Origin: Pseudomonas aeruginosa
Lineage (GTDB): Bacteria; Pseudomonadota; Gammaproteobacteria; Pseudomonadales; Pseudomonadaceae
Direction of reading: 5' to 3'
DNA length: 32,000 nucleotides
NCBI RefSeq assembly: GCF_001457615.1
Contig: NZ_LN831024.1
Location: 1,620,001 to 1,652,000 of the forward strand
The stretch's first letter is position 1. Each line of letters opens with the position of its first letter. The notes beneath the pieces were generated by a model. The model did not search any database, had not been told where the DNA came from, and saw nothing but the letters and a program-made list of their open reading frames with translations. Shown in pieces: positions 29,841 to 32,000 of the stretch. The position numbers and the translations under genes are program-made.

Positions 29841-30185
29841 CTAGCGGTGGATGATCACGTAGCTCTTGCGCACGGTTTCCTGCACATCCCACACGCCAAG
29901 ACTGTTCTCCGGCAGCAGCAGGGCATCGCCGGCCTCGATGCGGATGGTCTCGCCGCCGTCCGGGGTGAAGGTGCAGCGGCCTTGCAGGAAGTGGCAGAAC
30001 TCCTGCTCGACGATCTGCCGCCGCCAGCGTCCGGGGGTGCATTCCCAGATGCCGGTTTCCACCTGGTCGGTGCGCTCCACGGCGTAGGCGCGGGTCTGCG
30101 CGACCGGCTCGCCAAGGGGCACCGCGACCGGGCTGGCGGCGCCAAGATCGGCGCCGGCGGTATTTTTCAGAAGGGTCAGGGCCAT
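29841..30185 (-). CDS. Cupin family protein (DUF861/cupin_3-like)
   Basis: GIWECTPGRWRRQIVEQEFCHFLQGRCTFTPDGGETIRIEAGDALLLPENSLGVWDVQETVRKSYVI. Confidence 0.9.
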   Translation of the reverse strand: MALTLLKNTAGADLGAASPVAVPLGEPVAQTRAYAVERTDQVETGIWECTPGRWRRQIVEQEFCHFLQGRCTFTPDGGETIRIEAGDALLLPENSLGVWDVQETVRKSYVIIHR

Positions 30186-30219
30186 GCGGTTTTTCCTCTG
30201 TGGGAGGTGGAGGGGATTC

Positions 30220-31638
30220 TCAGCGCATCAGGCTTTCCATGCCGGCCGCGAGGGTTTGCGCCAGGCTGCGGCGCCAGGGCGCGCTGTGCGGGTCGGCAAG
30301 GACCCGGTCCTCATGGACGAAACTGCGGATGATCGCGTTGTAGCCGAGCCAGCGGCAGGGTTCCGGTTCCCAGCGGGCCAGGCTGTCCAGCGGACGCTCG
30401 CCCAGCACCCAGGGCTGCCGCAGCAGCTCGCTGTCCTCACCGAGGATCAGCGCGGCCAGGGTGCGGCCGCCGAGGTTGCTGGCGCCGACCCCTTCGCCGC
30501 CGTAGCCGCCGGAGAGGGCGATGCCACTGGCGCGGTCGAGCAACATGTGCGGGCGGAAGCGCCGGGCCATGCCGAGGTTGCCGCCCCAGGTGTGGCTGAT
30601 CCTGGCGTCCTTGAGCAGCGGGAAGAGTTCGCCGAACAGGTAGCGACGCAGGCCGACTTCCTCGTCGTCGAGGCTGAAGTCGCTGCGCAGCTTGCCGCCG
30701 AAGCGGTAGCCGCCCCGCGCGCCGAAGGCCAGGCGGTCGTCGGCGGTGCGCTGGCCATAGGTGACCTGGCGGCTGAATTCGCTGAAGGCCTGGCCGCGCT
30801 CCAGGCCGATCTCCGCCCAGACCGACGACGGCAGCGGCTCGGTGGCCACCAGCAGACTCTGCACCGGCAACTGGTAGTGGCCCAGCGGCGGCAGGCTGGC
30901 GGCGTAGCCTTCCACCGCCGGCACGATCCATTCGGCGCGCAGTTCGCCGCGCTCGGTGCGCAGCAGGCCGCGTTGCCAGTGCAGCACCCGGCTCTTCTCG
31001 AACAGCCGCACGCCCAGGCGCTCCACCGCGCGGGCCAGGCCGCGCGCGAGCCTGGCCGGCTGGATGGTGGCGCAGTGCGGCGAATGGATCGCCCCGTAGC
31101 TGCCGGGGATGCGCAACTGCTGGTCGAGTTCCTGCGGCGTCAGCCAGCGGTAGTCGCTTTCGTCCAGGCCTTCGGCATAGAGATCATGCAGATAGGCGCG
31201 CAGGCGGCGTTCCTGTTCCGGGTAGCGCGCCGCGCAGTAGAGCACGCCGCCCTTGCGGTAGTCGCAGTCGATGCCTTCCTCTTGCAGCACCCGCGCGACT
31301 TCGTCGGGAATCCCGTGCAGCAGGTCGTAGCCGGCCCGGCGCCGCTCCGGCGGCAAGCCGGCGAGCAGGCCGTCCTCGCCGAGCAGGTTGCCCATCAGCC
31401 AGCCGCCGTTGCGCCCCGAGGCGCCGAAGCCGGCGGTTTCTGCCTCGACGATGGCGACGCGCAACTGCGGCGCCCGGCGCTTCAGGTAATAGGCGGTCCA
31501 GAGGCCGGTGTAGCCGGCGCCGACGATGGCCACGTCGACCTCGAGGGATTCTTCCAGGGACGGGCGCGCTTCGAGCGGATCGTCCAGTTGATTCATCCAC
31601 AGGCTGAGGTGGCGCCAGGCCGACATAGAGGGCTCCAT
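30220..31638 (-). CDS. FAD-dependent oxidoreductase (DAO / gamma-glutamylputrescine oxidase-like); start uncertain (31665, 31638 or 31626)
   Basis: LEVDVAIVGAGYTGLWTAYYLKRRAPQLRVAIVEAETAGFGASGRNGGWLMG; C-terminal GGYGGEGVGASNLGGRTLAALILG. Confidence 0.9.
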   Translation of the reverse strand: MEPSMSAWRHLSLWMNQLDDPLEARPSLEESLEVDVAIVGAGYTGLWTAYYLKRRAPQLRVAIVEAETAGFGASGRNGGWLMGNLLGEDGLLAGLPPERRRAGYDLLHGIPDEVARVLQEEGIDCDYRKGGVLYCAARYPEQERRLRAYLHDLYAEGLDESDYRWLTPQELDQQLRIPGSYGAIHSPHCATIQPARLARGLARAVERLGVRLFEKSRVLHWQRGLLRTERGELRAEWIVPAVEGYAASLPPLGHYQLPVQSLLVATEPLPSSVWAEIGLERGQAFSEFSRQVTYGQRTADDRLAFGARGGYRFGGKLRSDFSLDDEEVGLRRYLFGELFPLLKDARISHTWGGNLGMARRFRPHMLLDRASGIALSGGYGGEGVGASNLGGRTLAALILGEDSELLRQPWVLGERPLDSLARWEPEPCRWLGYNAIIRSFVHEDRVLADPHSAPWRRSLAQTLAAGMESLMR

Positions 31639-31716
31639 AGCGAGAGGGAAGGGGGAATGCGGCAAGAGTAGGAAGATGCCGTGCGCCTGTCGTGCGCGCG
31701 GGTCCGCTGGGAAATC

Positions 31717-32000
31717 TCAGCGGCGCGACGACAGGCGCTTCAGGTATTCGCGCGGAGACTGGCCGGTGTGCTGGCGGAAGCAGCGGTAGAAGGCCGACAG
31801 CGAATTGAAGCCGGCGGCGAAGGCCAGTTCGTCGACCCGTCCGGGCAGCTCGCCGGAAAGCTGGCCGAGCAGGTGTTGCAGGCGGGTCTGGTTGACGTAC
31901 TGGTAGAAGCTCAGGCCGAGCACCTGGTTGAGCAGGTAGGAAATCTGGTTGCGCGTATAGCCGGTGGCATTGGCCACCTGGGTCAGGTCCAGGTCCGGAT
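31717..32000 (-). CDS. AraC-family transcriptional regulator, C-terminal part only (N-terminus outside window)
   Basis: DLDLTQVANATGYTRNQISYLLNQVLGLSFYQYVNQTRLQHLLGQL...VDELAFAAGFNSLSAFYRCFRQHTGQSPREYLKRL; frame stays open to the window edge. Confidence 0.92.
   Translation of the reverse strand, partial: PDLDLTQVANATGYTRNQISYLLNQVLGLSFYQYVNQTRLQHLLGQLSGELPGRVDELAFAAGFNSLSAFYRCFRQHTGQSPREYLKRLSSRR

Noticed and set aside
30184-31671. 495-aa plus-strand ORF opposite the FAD oxidoreductase.
   Set aside because: Antisense artefact: the minus frame has an unambiguous FAD-binding motif and coherent protein sequence.

Overview
This 32 kb window (very GC-rich, dense coding) reads as a core-chromosome segment of Pseudomonas aeruginosa. 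From memory, gene order matches roughly PAO1 PA3459-PA3423; no database check was possible. Left to right I can support: an N-terminal Cys amidotransferase/asparagine-synthase-like gene (truncated by the window), MarR regulator, TauE/SafE permease, mnmC, double-domain polyphosphate:AMP phosphotransferase, thiolase, YceH/DUF480 protein, malate:quinone oxidoreductase, a small hypothetical, the 1-Cys peroxiredoxin lsfA, a second SsuABC-like transporter, the ssuEADCBF organosulfonate operon, HopJ-family and DUF1244 proteins, folX-folE-folM (tetrahydromonapterin pathway), an ABM-domain membrane protein, a flavodoxin, LysR + LrgA/LrgB-like pair, an aldolase/hydrolase pair, SDR, enoyl-CoA hydratase, cupin, FAD oxidoreductase and a truncated AraC regulator. 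I see no phage, CRISPR, defence island, tRNA/rRNA or transposase gene. I do not see a convincing wholly new system. The best second-look items are REP-like palindromes confined to convergent intergenic gaps (including a roughly 101-bp tandem inverted-pair array), a perfect CRP/Vfr-type half-site pair upstream of mqo, a lipoprotein-like signal on the MQO, shared AT-rich elements and an 8-bp inverted repeat upstream of the sulfur genes, the Mop-domain ssuF puzzle, and small conserved proteins next to the monapterin genes. Many long ORFs in the supplied track are antisense or frame artefacts of high GC.
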